Assembly: GCA_036840015.1 (NCBI GenBank)
Contig: DAISVV010000001.1
Span: 1-63,171, forward strand
Length of the DNA: 63,171 nucleotides
Source of the DNA: Micropepsaceae bacterium
GTDB lineage: Bacteria > Pseudomonadota > Alphaproteobacteria > Micropepsales > Micropepsaceae
Direction: 5' to 3'
Shown here: one piece after another, positions 11,214 through 20,818 of the stretch
How positions within the stretch are numbered: position 1 is the stretch's first letter
How the letters are laid out: the number at the start of each line of letters is the position of its first letter
The notes under the pieces: model-generated
Told to the model about the DNA's origin: nothing
The model's database searches: none
The model's input: the letters and a program-made list of their open reading frames with translations, nothing else
Position numbers and translations under genes: made by a program

Positions 11214-12041
11214 TTACTCGCCCTGGTCGCCTGCGAACAGGGCCTTGATCTCGGGTGCGCCGGGCATGCCGGTGACGTTGAAGCCTGCGTCTATGTAGTG
11301 GATCTCGCCGGTGACCCCAGCCGACAGGTCGCTCAGGAAGTAGAGCGCGGCGCCGCCAACGTGCTGGAGCTCTACCGTCTTTCGCAGGGGCGAGTACTGC
11401 TTGTACCACTTGAAGACGTTGCGTGCATCCCCGACGGCTGCGCCTGCGAGCGTGCGCATGGGGCCCGGCGAGAGCGCGTTGACGCGAATGCCTTGCGGTC
11501 CGAGGTCGGCGGCGAGGTAGCGTACCGACGCCTCGAGCGCGGCCTTGGCCACGCCCATGATGTTGTAGCTCGGCATGACGCGCTGCGAGCCGGCATAGCT
11601 GAGGGTAATGAGCGAGCCACCGGCCGTCATGAGAGGGGCCGCCCTGCGCGCGATGTCAGTGAACGAGAAGCAGGAGATTTCCAGGGACCGGCGGAAGTTT
11701 CCGCGCGTCGTGTCGACGTAGCGGCCCTTCAGTTCGTTTCGATCCGAGAAGGCGATGGCATGGACCACGAAGTCGATGCTGCCCCATTCGCGCCCAAGCG
11801 TCGCAAACACGTTGTCGAGGGACTGGTCGTTTTCAACGTCCGCCTCGAGGATGATCTTCGCGCCGACTGTTTCGACCAGCGGCCTTACACGCTTTCCGAA
11901 GGCCTCGCCCTGATAGGTAAAGGCGAGCTCGGCACCGTGCTCGTGCAGGGTCTTTGCAATGCCCCAGGCAATCGAGTGGTCGTTGGCAACGCCCATGATC
12001 AGGCCGCGCTTGCCGGCCATGAGGTTGGTCTTGAGGGTCAT
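11214..12041 (-). CDS. fabI: enoyl-[acyl-carrier-protein] reductase (NADH) FabI
   Basis: 275 aa from ATG 12041 (MTLKTNLMAGKRGLIMGVANDHSIAWGIA). It has SYAGSQRVMPSYNIMGVAKAALE (Y-x6-K). The 442-aa ORF in the track extends upstream into fabB in another frame and is an artefact. Confidence 0.93.
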   Translation of the reverse strand: MTLKTNLMAGKRGLIMGVANDHSIAWGIAKTLHEHGAELAFTYQGEAFGKRVRPLVETVGAKIILEADVENDQSLDNVFATLGREWGSIDFVVHAIAFSDRNELKGRYVDTTRGNFRRSLEISCFSFTDIARRAAPLMTAGGSLITLSYAGSQRVMPSYNIMGVAKAALEASVRYLAADLGPQGIRVNALSPGPMRTLAGAAVGDARNVFKWYKQYSPLRKTVELQHVGGAALYFLSDLSAGVTGEIHYIDAGFNVTGMPGAPEIKALFAGDQGE

Positions 12042-12046
12042 GGCTG

Positions 12047-13270
12047 TCAGTTCGGTTTCTGGAAGACGAGGGTTGCGTTCGTGCCGCCGAAGCCGAACGA
12101 ATTCGACATCACGGTCGTGAGTCCTGCGTTGTCGATGCGGCGGCGGATGATGTTGGCGCTGGCCACTTCGGGATCGATCTCCTCGATGTTGGCGCTTTCG
12201 CAGATGAAGTCGTTGTGCAGCATCAGGAGCGAATAGATCGCCTCGTGTACGCCGGCGGCGCCCTGGCTGTGGCCCGTGAGGGACTTCGTGGCGCTGATCG
12301 GCGGGGTGGTCTTGCCGAAGACTTCGTGGATGGCCTTGATCTCGGGAATGTCGCCAACGGGCGTCGAGGTTGCGTGCGGATTGATGTAGTCGATGGGGGC
12401 CTTCACGTTCTGGATGGCCATGCGCATGCAGCGCACGGCGCCTTCGCCCGACGGGGCGACCATGTCGGCGCCGTCGGCGGTGGCGCCGTAGCCAACGATC
12501 TCGGCGTAGATCTTCGCGCCGCGCGCCCTGGCGTGGTTCCATTCCTCGAGGACGAGGATGCCACCACCGCCCGAGATCACGAAGCCGTCGCGGTTCCTGT
12601 CGTAGGCGCGGCTCGCGGTGGCCGGCGTGCCGTTGTACTTCGAGGACATGGCGCCCATCGCGTCAAAGAGCACGGAGAGGGTCCAATCGAGCTCCTCGCC
12701 GCCGCCGGCAAACATGATGTCCTGCTTGCCCCACTGGATCATCTCGTAGGCATTGCCGATGCAGTTGGCCGAGGTGGAGCAGGCTGAAGAGATGGAGTAG
12801 TTCACGCCCTTGGTCTTGAACCAGGTCGACAGGTTGGCCGAGCAGGTCGATGACATGGCCTTGGGGACTGCAAAGGGGCCCACCTTCTTGGGGCCCTTGC
12901 CGGGTTCGCTGCGCGCCGTGTCGGCGGCTGCCACGATGGCCTTGGTGGAGGGGCCACCGGATCCGACAATCAGGCCGGTTCTCTCGTTCGAGACGTGGTG
13001 GGGTTCGAGGCCTGCGTCGGCAATGGCCTGGTTCATGGCCATCCAGGCATAGGCGGCGCCATCGCCCATGAAGCGGCGGGCGCGGCGATCGACGGCGGTA
13101 TCGAGATCAACCTTCAGGCTGCCATGCACCTGGCTGCGGAAGCCCATCTTTTGATAGTCCTCGGCCGCGACGATGCCCGACCGGGCCTCGCGAAGGGAGG
13201 CGAGCACCTCCTGCGTGGTGTTGCCGATCGAGCAGACGATGCCCATGCCAGTCACAGCGACGCGTCTCAT
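12047..13270 (-). CDS. fabB: 3-oxoacyl-ACP synthase I (KAS I)
   Basis: 407 aa. Active-site Cys region [15 protein letters not shown], plus His motifs [11 protein letters not shown] and GHSQGAAG. It lies between fabA and fabI. Confidence 0.9.
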   Translation of the reverse strand: MRRVAVTGMGIVCSIGNTTQEVLASLREARSGIVAAEDYQKMGFRSQVHGSLKVDLDTAVDRRARRFMGDGAAYAWMAMNQAIADAGLEPHHVSNERTGLIVGSGGPSTKAIVAAADTARSEPGKGPKKVGPFAVPKAMSSTCSANLSTWFKTKGVNYSISSACSTSANCIGNAYEMIQWGKQDIMFAGGGEELDWTLSVLFDAMGAMSSKYNGTPATASRAYDRNRDGFVISGGGGILVLEEWNHARARGAKIYAEIVGYGATADGADMVAPSGEGAVRCMRMAIQNVKAPIDYINPHATSTPVGDIPEIKAIHEVFGKTTPPISATKSLTGHSQGAAGVHEAIYSLLMLHNDFICESANIEEIDPEVASANIIRRRIDNAGLTTVMSNSFGFGGTNATLVFQKPN

Positions 13271-13318
13271 GTCAGTCGTGTCCCTTCATTGTTGCCTGAC
13301 GGTACCTGCGGGGAGGTG

Positions 13319-13861
13319 TCAGGCGGGTACGGCATCGTCCTGGAAAACGCCGACGCGCAGATCCTTGGCCTCGTAGATCGTCTTGCCATCGACCATCATG
13401 ATGCCGTCGGCGATGCCCATCACGAGCCTGCCCTTCATGACGCGGCGGAAGTCGATCGCGTAGGTCACGAGCTTTGCTGTGGGCAGGACCATGCCGGTGA
13501 ACTTGACCTCGCCGACGCCAAGTGCGCGGCCCTTGCCCTTGCCGCCGGACCAGCCGAGATAGAATCCGACCAGCTGCCAGAGGGCGTCGAGACCGAGGCA
13601 CCCCGGCATGACGGGATCGGACTCGAAGTGGCACTTGAAGAACCAGTGGTCGGGTGAGATGTCGAACTCGGCCTTGATGTGGCCCTTGTCGTTTGCGCCG
13701 CCCTTCTCGGTGATCTCGGTGATGCGATCGAACATCAGCATGGGCGGCAATGGCAGGCGCGGGAAGCCGGGGCCGAAAAGCGTGCCGTGGCCGCACTTGA
13801 GCAGGGCGTCCCGTCCGAAGCTGGAGAATGCCTTGGCCGGATTTGTTTCTGTCGCTTCCAT
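13319..13861 (-). CDS. fabA: 3-hydroxydecanoyl-ACP dehydratase/isomerase FabA
   Basis: 180 aa. It aligns closely with E. coli FabA: [62 protein letters not shown]. Confidence 0.95.
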   Translation of the reverse strand: MEATETNPAKAFSSFGRDALLKCGHGTLFGPGFPRLPLPPMLMFDRITEITEKGGANDKGHIKAEFDISPDHWFFKCHFESDPVMPGCLGLDALWQLVGFYLGWSGGKGKGRALGVGEVKFTGMVLPTAKLVTYAIDFRRVMKGRLVMGIADGIMMVDGKTIYEAKDLRVGVFQDDAVPA

Positions 13862-13938
13862 CTGGATCCTTCAGCCCTTTCGTGCGCCGACGCGGTCTTG
13901 ACTTTCTGCGTTAACCATCCAAATTCCAAAAGGCACTG

Positions 13939-13955
13939 TTTTGAGCTATTCAAAA
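13939..13955. promoter_or_regulatory. ICE-like (Irr-box-like) palindrome in the fabA-irr divergent spacer
   Basis: ttttgag-cta-ttcaaaa matches the Bradyrhizobium iron control element TTTAGAA-N3-TTCTAAA (consensus from memory) at 11/14 positions with correct spacing. It can also be read as a perfect 7-bp inverted repeat, gttttga-N5-tcaaaac. Confidence 0.4.
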
Positions 13956-14058
13956 CTGGGTGGGCCGGAACCTGAGACGGGTCCCCTTTCGCCGGGGAAC
14001 TCTACGGGCTGGCTCTCGGTGTTTCAACCTCGGACGGCAGGGGAAGAGTTTGTCAGGC

Positions 14059-14517
14059 ATGCGTTCCACAGGATCGAAGCCAGCAGCCGAAAATGCCCGA
14101 CATGGCCAGCGGCACCGGGCGGACTTCGTGGCGAGGCTGCGCGCGGCGCAGCTGCGACCTACACAGCAGCGCCTGGCGCTTGCGCGGCTCCTGTTTTCGG
14201 GCAGCGACCGGCACGTCACCGCCGAGGATCTCCATGACGAGGCCCTGCAGGCCGGGGCGAGGCTATCGCTTGCCACGGTGTACAACACGCTGCACCAGTT
14301 CACGCAGGCTGGCCTCTTGCGGCAGGTCATTGTCGACGGCGACAAGATCCACTTCGATACCAACACGGGCGAGCATCATCACTTCTACGTCGAGGATGAC
14401 GGCGTCCTGATCGACATCCCGGGCAGCGATGTGCGCATCGAGGGTTTGCCGAAGGCGCCTTCGGGCAAGGAGATCGAGCGCGTGGACATCGTGGTGCGGC
14501 TCAAGTCGCGTTCATGA
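14059..14517 (+). CDS. irr: Fur-family iron response regulator Irr
   Basis: 152 aa from ATG 14059. Fur-type winged helix (RPTQQRLALARLLF...HVTAEDLH...SLATVYNTLHQFTQAGLL) and the Irr-typical HHH motif (TGEHHHFYVE). It is divergent from fabA, as in Rhizobiales. I saw no N-terminal Cys-Pro heme regulatory motif. Confidence 0.8.
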   Translation: MRSTGSKPAAENARHGQRHRADFVARLRAAQLRPTQQRLALARLLFSGSDRHVTAEDLHDEALQAGARLSLATVYNTLHQFTQAGLLRQVIVDGDKIHFDTNTGEHHHFYVEDDGVLIDIPGSDVRIEGLPKAPSGKEIERVDIVVRLKSRS

Positions 14518-14518
14518 A

Positions 14519-14535
14519 ATTAGAATAATTCCAAC
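14519..14535. promoter_or_regulatory. ICE-like (Irr-box-like) motif just upstream of the rubrerythrin promoter
   Basis: attagaa-taa-ttccaac matches TTTAGAA-N3-TTCTAAA at 11/14 positions. It abuts a TTGACT -35 candidate in an AT-rich 100-bp spacer. Confidence 0.4.
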
Positions 14536-14538
14536 TTA

Positions 14539-14566
14539 TTGACTTCGTGGCGAAGGCGAGTAGTTT
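14539..14566 (+). promoter_or_regulatory. candidate sigma70-type promoter of the rubrerythrin operon
   Basis: TTGACT (14539-14544), a 16-nt spacer, then TAGTTT (14561-14566). An RBS ggaaggagagagg precedes ATG 14618. Confidence 0.35.
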
Positions 14567-14617
14567 TAACCATCTGGACGATCGCCTTTTTCGTTTGACT
14601 GGAAGGAGAGAGGAACC

Positions 14618-15037
14618 ATGACGAAACTTGCAGCATCGAAGACACTCGAAAACCTCAAGGCGGCCTTCGCCGGCGAAAGCCAGGCCAACCGCCGCTATCT
14701 CTATTTCGCGCAGAAGGCCGACGTCGAAGGCTACAATGACGTTGCCGCCGTCTTCCGTTCGACGGCTGAAGGCGAGACGGGCCATGCGCATGGCCAGCTG
14801 GAGTTTCTGGAAGCCGTGGGTGACCCGGCGACGGGCCTGAAGATCGGTTCCACGTCGGACAACCTCAAGGCTTCCATCGCCGGTGAAACGCACGAGTACA
14901 CCGACATGTACCCGGGCATGGCGAAGACCGCGCGCGAGGAAGGCTTCGACGAGATCGCCGACTGGTTCGAGACGCTGGCCAAGGCTGAAAAGAGCCATGC
15001 CGGGCGTTTCCAGAAGGCGCTCGACAACCTGGGCTGA
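14618..15037 (+). CDS. rubrerythrin-family diiron protein without a rubredoxin domain (erythrin type)
   Basis: 139 aa. Ligand helices [24 protein letters not shown] (ExxH), [11 protein letters not shown] and AEKSHAGRF (ExxH). There is no CxxC pair. Confidence 0.88.
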   Translation: MTKLAASKTLENLKAAFAGESQANRRYLYFAQKADVEGYNDVAAVFRSTAEGETGHAHGQLEFLEAVGDPATGLKIGSTSDNLKASIAGETHEYTDMYPGMAKTAREEGFDEIADWFETLAKAEKSHAGRFQKALDNLG

Positions 15038-15053
15038 TCACCGCGTTCTTCAC

Positions 15054-15090
15054 GCCGGCGGGCCGCGTTGCCTGCCGGCGTCCCAGTTTT
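15054..15090 (+). terminator. possible partial terminator/attenuator after the rubrerythrin gene
   Basis: gccggcgggc-cgcgtt-gcctgccggc forms a 10-bp stem with 1 mismatch, followed by gtcccagtttt (weak U-tract). It lies in the 125-nt gap before the next CDS. Confidence 0.35.
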
Positions 15091-15162
15091 CCCTTCCCCC
15101 AGGCTTGCGGATCGTGCGTGCTTCCGGGCCGCAGCCTCTCGTCGTCCAGAGGTACTTGACCC

Positions 15163-16506
15163 ATGCGTGAAGGCAGCCTGCAGGCTCCGGTGCGGCATCC
15201 GCTGAACTGGGAGGAGCCCGATTTCCTCGACGAGAAAAAGCTCGATGAGGAGATGCGGCGCGTCTTCGACATCTGCCATGGCTGCCGGCGCTGTTTCAAC
15301 CTGTGTGATTCGTTTCCCCGGCTGTTCGACCTCGTCGACAATTCGCCGACGGAAGAAATGGACGGCGTGAAGTCCGAGGATTTCGGACAGGTGGTCGATG
15401 CCTGCACGCTGTGTGACATGTGCTTCATGACGAAGTGTCCCTATGTGCCGCCGCATGAGTTCAACCTGGATTTCCCGCACCTGATGCTGCGCTATCGCGC
15501 TGCAGAGGCCGCCAAGGGCAAGACACATTTCGTGGCCCGACAGCTTGCCGAGATGGACCGCAATGGCACGGTGGCGGCGGTGGTCGCGCCGATCGCGAAC
15601 TGGGGCTCGGATGTCCAGAACAAGACCACGCGCAAGCTTGCCGAGAGCGTGGCGGGCATTGATGCCCGGGCCGAGCTGCCCAAGTTCAATACCCGCACGT
15701 TTGTCATGCAGGATCGTGGCGATCCGGGGTTTGCAAATGAGGCCGCGCCCGCTTTCGGCAAGCGCAAGGCGCTGCTGTTTGCGACATGCTTCGTGAACTA
15801 CAACAGGCCCATCACCGGCATGGCGGCGCGCAAGCTGCTCAACCACCTGGGGGTCGAGGCCATCGTCGAGTATCCGGGCTGCTGCGGCATGCCGTTCCTC
15901 GAGCAAGCCAACCTCGAGCGCGTGGCCGGGCAGGCAGAGAAGGTTTCCGCGGCGCTCGTGCCCTATATCGACAAGGGCTATGACATCATCACGCTGACGG
16001 CGAGCTGCGGGCTGATGTTCAAGTTCGAGTGGCCGCTCATCGTGCCCAAGAACGAGAATGTGGCGCGCCTTGCCAAGGCCACGTTCGACATCGACGAATA
16101 CGTGGTCGACATTGCGAAGAAGGATGGCCTGCCGCCAGGTGCTAAACCGGTCGATGGCGGCGTGAGCGTGCACCTCGCGTGCCACGCGCGCGCGCAGAAC
16201 ATGGGGCCGAAAGCGGCAGAGATGCTCAGGCTCCTGCCCCAGACCAAGGTGGACGTCATCGAACGCTGTTCCGGGCATGGTGGCACTTTCGGAGTGCTCA
16301 AGCCGACCCATGACCTTGCGGTGAAAGTCGGACGACCGGCGGCACGCACGGCGGCGGGACAGGGGCATGCGCATGTCGTGTCTGATTGCCCGCTGGCGGC
16401 CAAGCACCTGAAGCAGATCATGCGGGCGCAGGACGAGAGCAGGGTCGTCTCGGACACCGCGCATCCGATCGAACTCATGGCGAAAGCCTACGGACTGGTG
16501 GAGTAG
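15163..16506 (+). CDS. (Fe-S)-binding oxidoreductase, HdrD/GlpC-like, with two 4Fe-4S motifs and CCG-type Cys-rich domains
   Basis: 447 aa. [15 protein letters not shown] and [14 protein letters not shown] are ferredoxin-type CxxCxxCxxxC motifs. PGCCGMPF is a CCG motif and [11 protein letters not shown] is a degenerate second one. Confidence 0.8.
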   Translation: MREGSLQAPVRHPLNWEEPDFLDEKKLDEEMRRVFDICHGCRRCFNLCDSFPRLFDLVDNSPTEEMDGVKSEDFGQVVDACTLCDMCFMTKCPYVPPHEFNLDFPHLMLRYRAAEAAKGKTHFVARQLAEMDRNGTVAAVVAPIANWGSDVQNKTTRKLAESVAGIDARAELPKFNTRTFVMQDRGDPGFANEAAPAFGKRKALLFATCFVNYNRPITGMAARKLLNHLGVEAIVEYPGCCGMPFLEQANLERVAGQAEKVSAALVPYIDKGYDIITLTASCGLMFKFEWPLIVPKNENVARLAKATFDIDEYVVDIAKKDGLPPGAKPVDGGVSVHLACHARAQNMGPKAAEMLRLLPQTKVDVIERCSGHGGTFGVLKPTHDLAVKVGRPAARTAAGQGHAHVVSDCPLAAKHLKQIMRAQDESRVVSDTAHPIELMAKAYGLVE

Positions 16507-16510
16507 TCAG

Positions 16511-17104
16511 ATGCCGCAGAAGCTCAGGAAGATCACACGCGACGACATCATCGACACGACGGCCTATTCGGCTCAACGTGCCGAGCGCCGCAAGGCGATC
16601 CTGCCGCGCAAGAAGCTGCGCCGGGTCGAGGTCGGTCCGCATGCCACGTTCTACTTCGAGTGTTTCGAGACCATGCTGCAGCAGGTCCAGGAGATGCTCT
16701 ACATCGAGAAGGGTGGCGCGGAGCAGGTTGACGACGAACTGAGGGCCTATAATCCCCTCATCCCGCAGGGCAACGAGCTAGTTGCGACGGTCATGTTCGA
16801 GATCGAGGATGAGCGACAGCGCGCGGTCATCCTGCGCCAGCTCACGCATGTCGAAGAGACCATCTTCCTCGACATTGGCGGGGAGCGCCTCAAGGCGGGA
16901 TTCGAACAGGAGACCGAACGAACGACGCCGGATGGAAAGACTTCGTCGGTGCATTTCATCCGGTTCACCCTGACGCCGGCGCAGATTTCGCGGTTCCGCG
17001 ACCCGGGCGTGCCGGTGCTGCTTGGGTTCACCCATTCCAACTATGGGCACATTGCGGTGCTGCAGGGTGCGACCCGGCAGGAACTTGCGGGTGACTTTGC
17101 CTGA
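16511..17104 (+). CDS. DUF3501-family protein
   Basis: 197 aa, 4 nt after the Fe-S gene. GPHATFYFECFETMLQQVQEMLYIEK, LRAYNPLIPQGNEL and KTSSVHFIRFTLT match my recollection of DUF3501 sequences. No catalytic motif was recognised. Confidence 0.65.
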   Translation: MPQKLRKITRDDIIDTTAYSAQRAERRKAILPRKKLRRVEVGPHATFYFECFETMLQQVQEMLYIEKGGAEQVDDELRAYNPLIPQGNELVATVMFEIEDERQRAVILRQLTHVEETIFLDIGGERLKAGFEQETERTTPDGKTSSVHFIRFTLTPAQISRFRDPGVPVLLGFTHSNYGHIAVLQGATRQELAGDFA

Positions 17105-17137
17105 TGCCGGGGACAGGCGTCCTGCTATAGTGGCGCC

Positions 17138-17905
17138 ATGAGCCTTTCAGACGAGGAAGTCGAGCGTTACGCGCGCCATCTGATCCTGCGCGAGGTTGGC
17201 GGGGCGGGGCAAGCGCGCCTGTCGCAGGCCTGCGTGCTCGTCATCGGCGCTGGCGGGCTTGGGAGCCCTGCGATCCTCTACCTGGCCGCGGCGGGTGTCG
17301 GCACGATCGGTGTGGTCGACCATGACAGGGTTTCGCTGTCGAACCTGCAGCGCCAGATCGCCCACCGCACGCAGGATGTCGGGAGGCTCAAGACAGAGAG
17401 CGCGGCCGAGCGGGCGCTTGCGATCAATCCGCATGTGCGCGTGGAAATGCATGCCACGCGCTTCTCGCCCGAGAATGCCGAGGCGCTGGTGCGCGCCCAT
17501 GACCTTGTGCTGGACGGGTCGGACAATTTCGCCACGCGCCTGCTGGTCAATGATACCTGCTATCGCGTGGGGCGCACGCTCGTCTCGGCGGCAGTCGGGC
17601 AGTTCGACGGGCAGCTTGCGGTCTACAAGGCGCATGTGCGCCCGCAAGGCGAGCGCGTTTATCCCTGCTATCGCTGCCTCGTGCCGGAGGCCCCCGAGGG
17701 CGCTGCAACATGCACGGAGGCCGGCATCCTCGGTGCCCTGACCGGCGTGCTCGGGTCGATGCAGGCGCTCGAAGCGCTCAAGGAGATCCTGGGTATCGGG
17801 GAGACGCTGGCCGGGCGCCTGCTGCTCTATGACGGCCTTGGCGGCACCGTGCGTACGGTGAAGCTGCCCCCGGATCCTGCCTGCCGGCTCTGCGGGCCGG
17901 GTTAA
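17138..17905 (+). CDS. moeB: HesA/MoeB/ThiF-family adenylyltransferase (molybdopterin-synthase adenylyltransferase-like)
   Basis: 255 aa. RYARHLIL, the nucleotide loop VIGAGGLGSP, and Zn-site pairs PCYRCL and PACRLCG. Confidence 0.8.
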   Translation: MSLSDEEVERYARHLILREVGGAGQARLSQACVLVIGAGGLGSPAILYLAAAGVGTIGVVDHDRVSLSNLQRQIAHRTQDVGRLKTESAAERALAINPHVRVEMHATRFSPENAEALVRAHDLVLDGSDNFATRLLVNDTCYRVGRTLVSAAVGQFDGQLAVYKAHVRPQGERVYPCYRCLVPEAPEGAATCTEAGILGALTGVLGSMQALEALKEILGIGETLAGRLLLYDGLGGTVRTVKLPPDPACRLCGPG

Positions 17906-18012
17906 GCCCTTGGCCCTGTCGCAGGCGTGCGGCGTGCCGTTTCAGGGTTCTCGCCTTTTGTGCCGGGAGGCGATATTCCTCGGCCCCCTTTGTCACCAGC
18001 CGGGTCCGGGAG

Positions 18013-19878
18013 ATGCCTGAAACGCGTCATGGAAGACGCCACGCGCGCCGCTTTGCAGCGTGGCTGCTCACGCGCGAGCCGCCGGAGGAGCCGCTTGGCG
18101 AGGTGAGGGGCTCTGAGCGGGTTCCCGGCTCGCCCTTCGCGTTCCTGCTGTTCCTTGTTGCGCGCCATTACCGGCTGCATGTCGCTGGCTTCGTGCTCGC
18201 GGTCGCGCTTGCGACCGCGATCCAGGCCATGAACCCCTATGTGCTCGGACGGATGATCAATGCGCTGACCGAGGCCGTCCGCTCGGGCAGCGGTGACTGG
18301 GGCGGGGTTGCGCCCTATGTGCTGCTGTTTGCGTTCGTCTGGTATGCGCCGGCTGTTGTCTTCCGGTCTGCAGAGGCAATCGACATCTACATGAGCCCGC
18401 GCATGCGGGCGCTCGCGCAGAAGTACCTGTTTGCCTATCTGCTGGGACACAGTCCGCGCTATTTCCAGGAGAACTTTGCCGGCAAGCTGGGCCAGAAGGT
18501 CAAGCAGGCCGGGCAGGCCACCGTGTCGCTGCTGAACATCGTCGCGTTCGAGTGCGTCCGCATCGTCGTGCTTCTGGGCGTCGGCGGCGTGCTGCTTGCG
18601 ATGCAAAGCGCGACCTATGCCGTGCTGCTGTTCGGTTGGGCTGCGGTCTATCTTGTCATGGTCATGTTCCTTGCCCGCCGGTGCGTCGAGCTTTCCATGT
18701 CGTTTTCGGACGAGGTTTCGACATCGACCGGCAAGCTGATCGATGCGATCTCGAACGCCGACCTTGTCCGGGCCTTTGCCCGGGCCGCGCATGAACGGCA
18801 GTTCCTGTCCCGGTTCCTGGCCGACGAGATGAATGCGTCCCAGTCGCTGCGCTGGTTCCTCATCGTCATGCGGCTGTTCATGTCGACGGCCATGCTTGTG
18901 CTGCTGGCGGGGCTCATCATCATTTCGGTGAATGATGCGCTTGCCGGCACCATCACCATCGGCGGCTTCACCATGATCTTCTTCCTCGGGTCGATGATCG
19001 CCAGCTCGGTACAGGAGCTCTCGTACCGGATGCTCGATTTCTTCGAGCAGCTGGGGACGCTCTCCGAGGCACTTGCGCTGGTGACGCAGCCCCACGAGAT
19101 CGTCGACCGGCCCGGCGCCAAGCCGCTTGCGGTTTCCCGCGGCGAGATCCTGTTCGACAACATCACCTTTGCGCATGCTGACGGGCATCCGGTGTTCGAG
19201 GGATTGACGCTGAAGATCAATGCGGGCGAGCGGGTGGGGCTGGTCGGCAAGTCGGGTGCCGGCAAGTCGACACTGGTCAAGCTGATGCGGCGTCAATTCG
19301 AGCCGCAGTCGGGACGGGTGCTCATCGACGGGCAGGATGTGTCGGCGGTGACGTGGGATTCCGTCAATGAGGCGATTGCCGAGGTGCAGCAGATGCCGGG
19401 CGTATTCCACCGGCCCGTGCGCGACAATATCCGCTATTCGCGGCCTGACGCGGAAGAGCAGCTCGTGGTTGCGGCGGCGAAGGATGCCCATGCCCATGAC
19501 TTCATCACCGGTCGGGAAGCCGGCTATGACACGATCGTGGGTGAGCAGGGGATCAAGCTCTCGGGTGGCGAACGCCAGCGCGTGGCCATCGCGCGGGCGC
19601 TCATCAAGGATGCGCGCATTCTTGTGCTGGACGAGGCGACGTCATCGCTGGATTCCGAGAGCGAGCACCTGATCCAGGAAGCGCTGTTCGAGCTGATGAA
19701 GGGGCGCACCGTGATTGCCATTGCCCACCGGCTGTCGACGATCGTGGGCATGGACCGCATCGTGTATCTCGAGGCCGGGCGCATCGTGGAGTCGGGCAGT
19801 CATGCCGAGCTCCTGGCGCGCAACGGGCCCTATGCGCAGCTCTGGAACCGGCAGGTCGGCGGCTTCATCGAAGGTTAG
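18013..19878 (+). CDS. ABC exporter, fused permease/ATPase (MsbA-like type I exporter)
   Basis: 621 aa. N-terminal 6-TM region. Walker A GKSGAGKST, signature LSGGERQR, Walker B ILVLDEATSSLD. The exact start is uncertain. Confidence 0.88.
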   Translation: MPETRHGRRHARRFAAWLLTREPPEEPLGEVRGSERVPGSPFAFLLFLVARHYRLHVAGFVLAVALATAIQAMNPYVLGRMINALTEAVRSGSGDWGGVAPYVLLFAFVWYAPAVVFRSAEAIDIYMSPRMRALAQKYLFAYLLGHSPRYFQENFAGKLGQKVKQAGQATVSLLNIVAFECVRIVVLLGVGGVLLAMQSATYAVLLFGWAAVYLVMVMFLARRCVELSMSFSDEVSTSTGKLIDAISNADLVRAFARAAHERQFLSRFLADEMNASQSLRWFLIVMRLFMSTAMLVLLAGLIIISVNDALAGTITIGGFTMIFFLGSMIASSVQELSYRMLDFFEQLGTLSEALALVTQPHEIVDRPGAKPLAVSRGEILFDNITFAHADGHPVFEGLTLKINAGERVGLVGKSGAGKSTLVKLMRRQFEPQSGRVLIDGQDVSAVTWDSVNEAIAEVQQMPGVFHRPVRDNIRYSRPDAEEQLVVAAAKDAHAHDFITGREAGYDTIVGEQGIKLSGGERQRVAIARALIKDARILVLDEATSSLDSESEHLIQEALFELMKGRTVIAIAHRLSTIVGMDRIVYLEAGRIVESGSHAELLARNGPYAQLWNRQVGGFIEG

Positions 19879-19894
19879 CCGGGCGGTCTCGCCG

Positions 19895-20812
19895 TCAGGG
19901 GCGGCTGCGGCGTATCTCTTCGACAGCCTTGCGGATGGCGGCCTCGCGTGCGGGGCCCGTGGGATGGGTGGCGGACAGGCCTGCGGCCAGCTGCAGGGTG
20001 TTCAGCCTCTTCCATAGTGCGGGGGCAGCGTCGATGTCGAAGCCTGCGCTGGCTGCGAGCTCGAGGCCGGTGCGGTCGGCGTCGATCTCTCGGGCGGGAT
20101 CTTCGGCCGGTCCCGCCTTCGTGTGGCCGAGCAGAATGTGGGCGAGCTCGTGACCGAGGATGACGGCGATCTCGTCATCCGAACGCAGAAGGCCGTAGAG
20201 ACCCGTTGTGATGGCCAGCGCGTTGCCATCGGTTGCGGCGTTCAGGTCCTCGCTGCGGACGAGCAGGACCGGGCTTGCGCAGACCGGCGTCGGCCTGATG
20301 GTGCGTTCCTGGCCGCCGGCCAGCCGGAGGGTCACGCTGCCGCGTCCGGCTGCTTCGTTCGACAGGCTTATGAAGCGCGCGGTCGCGCCTTGGCCTGTCG
20401 GCAAACCGACACCGTCGACATGGGTGATGACCTGGCCGGGCCTGATCCCGGCCTTGCGGGCGGGACCATCTTCGACGGCGAGCGCCACGGTGACTGCTTG
20501 CGTCAGGCTGAAGATGCGCTGCAGCCTTGCGCGGTCGTCGGGGTTCGGGAAATTCGCCAGCGACCACACGACGATGCCGATGTCATTTCGCGTCGCGCCT
20601 TGCCGGGCGCAGGTCGGTGCTGCGGCCTGCCTGAGACGGAAGCCGACGCTTTCGACCCGCATGCGCTGGTGCATATAGGTGTCAATGCCTTCCGTGACGG
20701 CGGGGCCGGGCGCTGGCGCGGGGGGTGACAGTCCCATGTCGTCCTGCAGTCCCAGCGAGGTGCATGCCGGGAACAGTGAGACAAGGGCGATCATGATGAC
20801 CTTGCGCAGCAT
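19895..20812 (-). CDS. lipoprotein zinc metallopeptidase (M48-like HExxH) with a PDZ-like segment
   Basis: 305 aa. Lipobox LFPAC near the N-terminus. The PDZ-like stretch is GPARKAGIRPGQVITHVDG. The zinc motif is HELAHILLGH. Confidence 0.65.
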   Translation of the reverse strand: MLRKVIMIALVSLFPACTSLGLQDDMGLSPPAPAPGPAVTEGIDTYMHQRMRVESVGFRLRQAAAPTCARQGATRNDIGIVVWSLANFPNPDDRARLQRIFSLTQAVTVALAVEDGPARKAGIRPGQVITHVDGVGLPTGQGATARFISLSNEAAGRGSVTLRLAGGQERTIRPTPVCASPVLLVRSEDLNAATDGNALAITTGLYGLLRSDDEIAVILGHELAHILLGHTKAGPAEDPAREIDADRTGLELAASAGFDIDAAPALWKRLNTLQLAAGLSATHPTGPAREAAIRKAVEEIRRSRP

Positions 20813-20818
20813 GACGCG

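Noticed and set aside
12042-12542. N-terminal 167-aa extension of the fabI ORF (the 442-aa version in the track)
   Set aside because: The extension overlaps the 3' end of fabB in another frame and is Arg/His-rich nonsense. FabI homology begins at MTLKTNLMAGKRGLIMG (ATG 12041), 6 nt after the fabB stop.
14731-16464. 577-aa ORF antisense to the rubrerythrin and Fe-S genes. The 531-aa (17902-19497) and 527-aa (29537-31120) antisense ORFs are similar.
   Set aside because: All three lie opposite CDSs with clear family motifs and have an antisense-type composition.
16896-16910. tRNA T-arm-like string (reverse complement cctgttcgaatcccgc)
   Set aside because: It lies inside the well-supported DUF3501 CDS. 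I could not build flanking acceptor or anticodon stems. I consider it a chance match.
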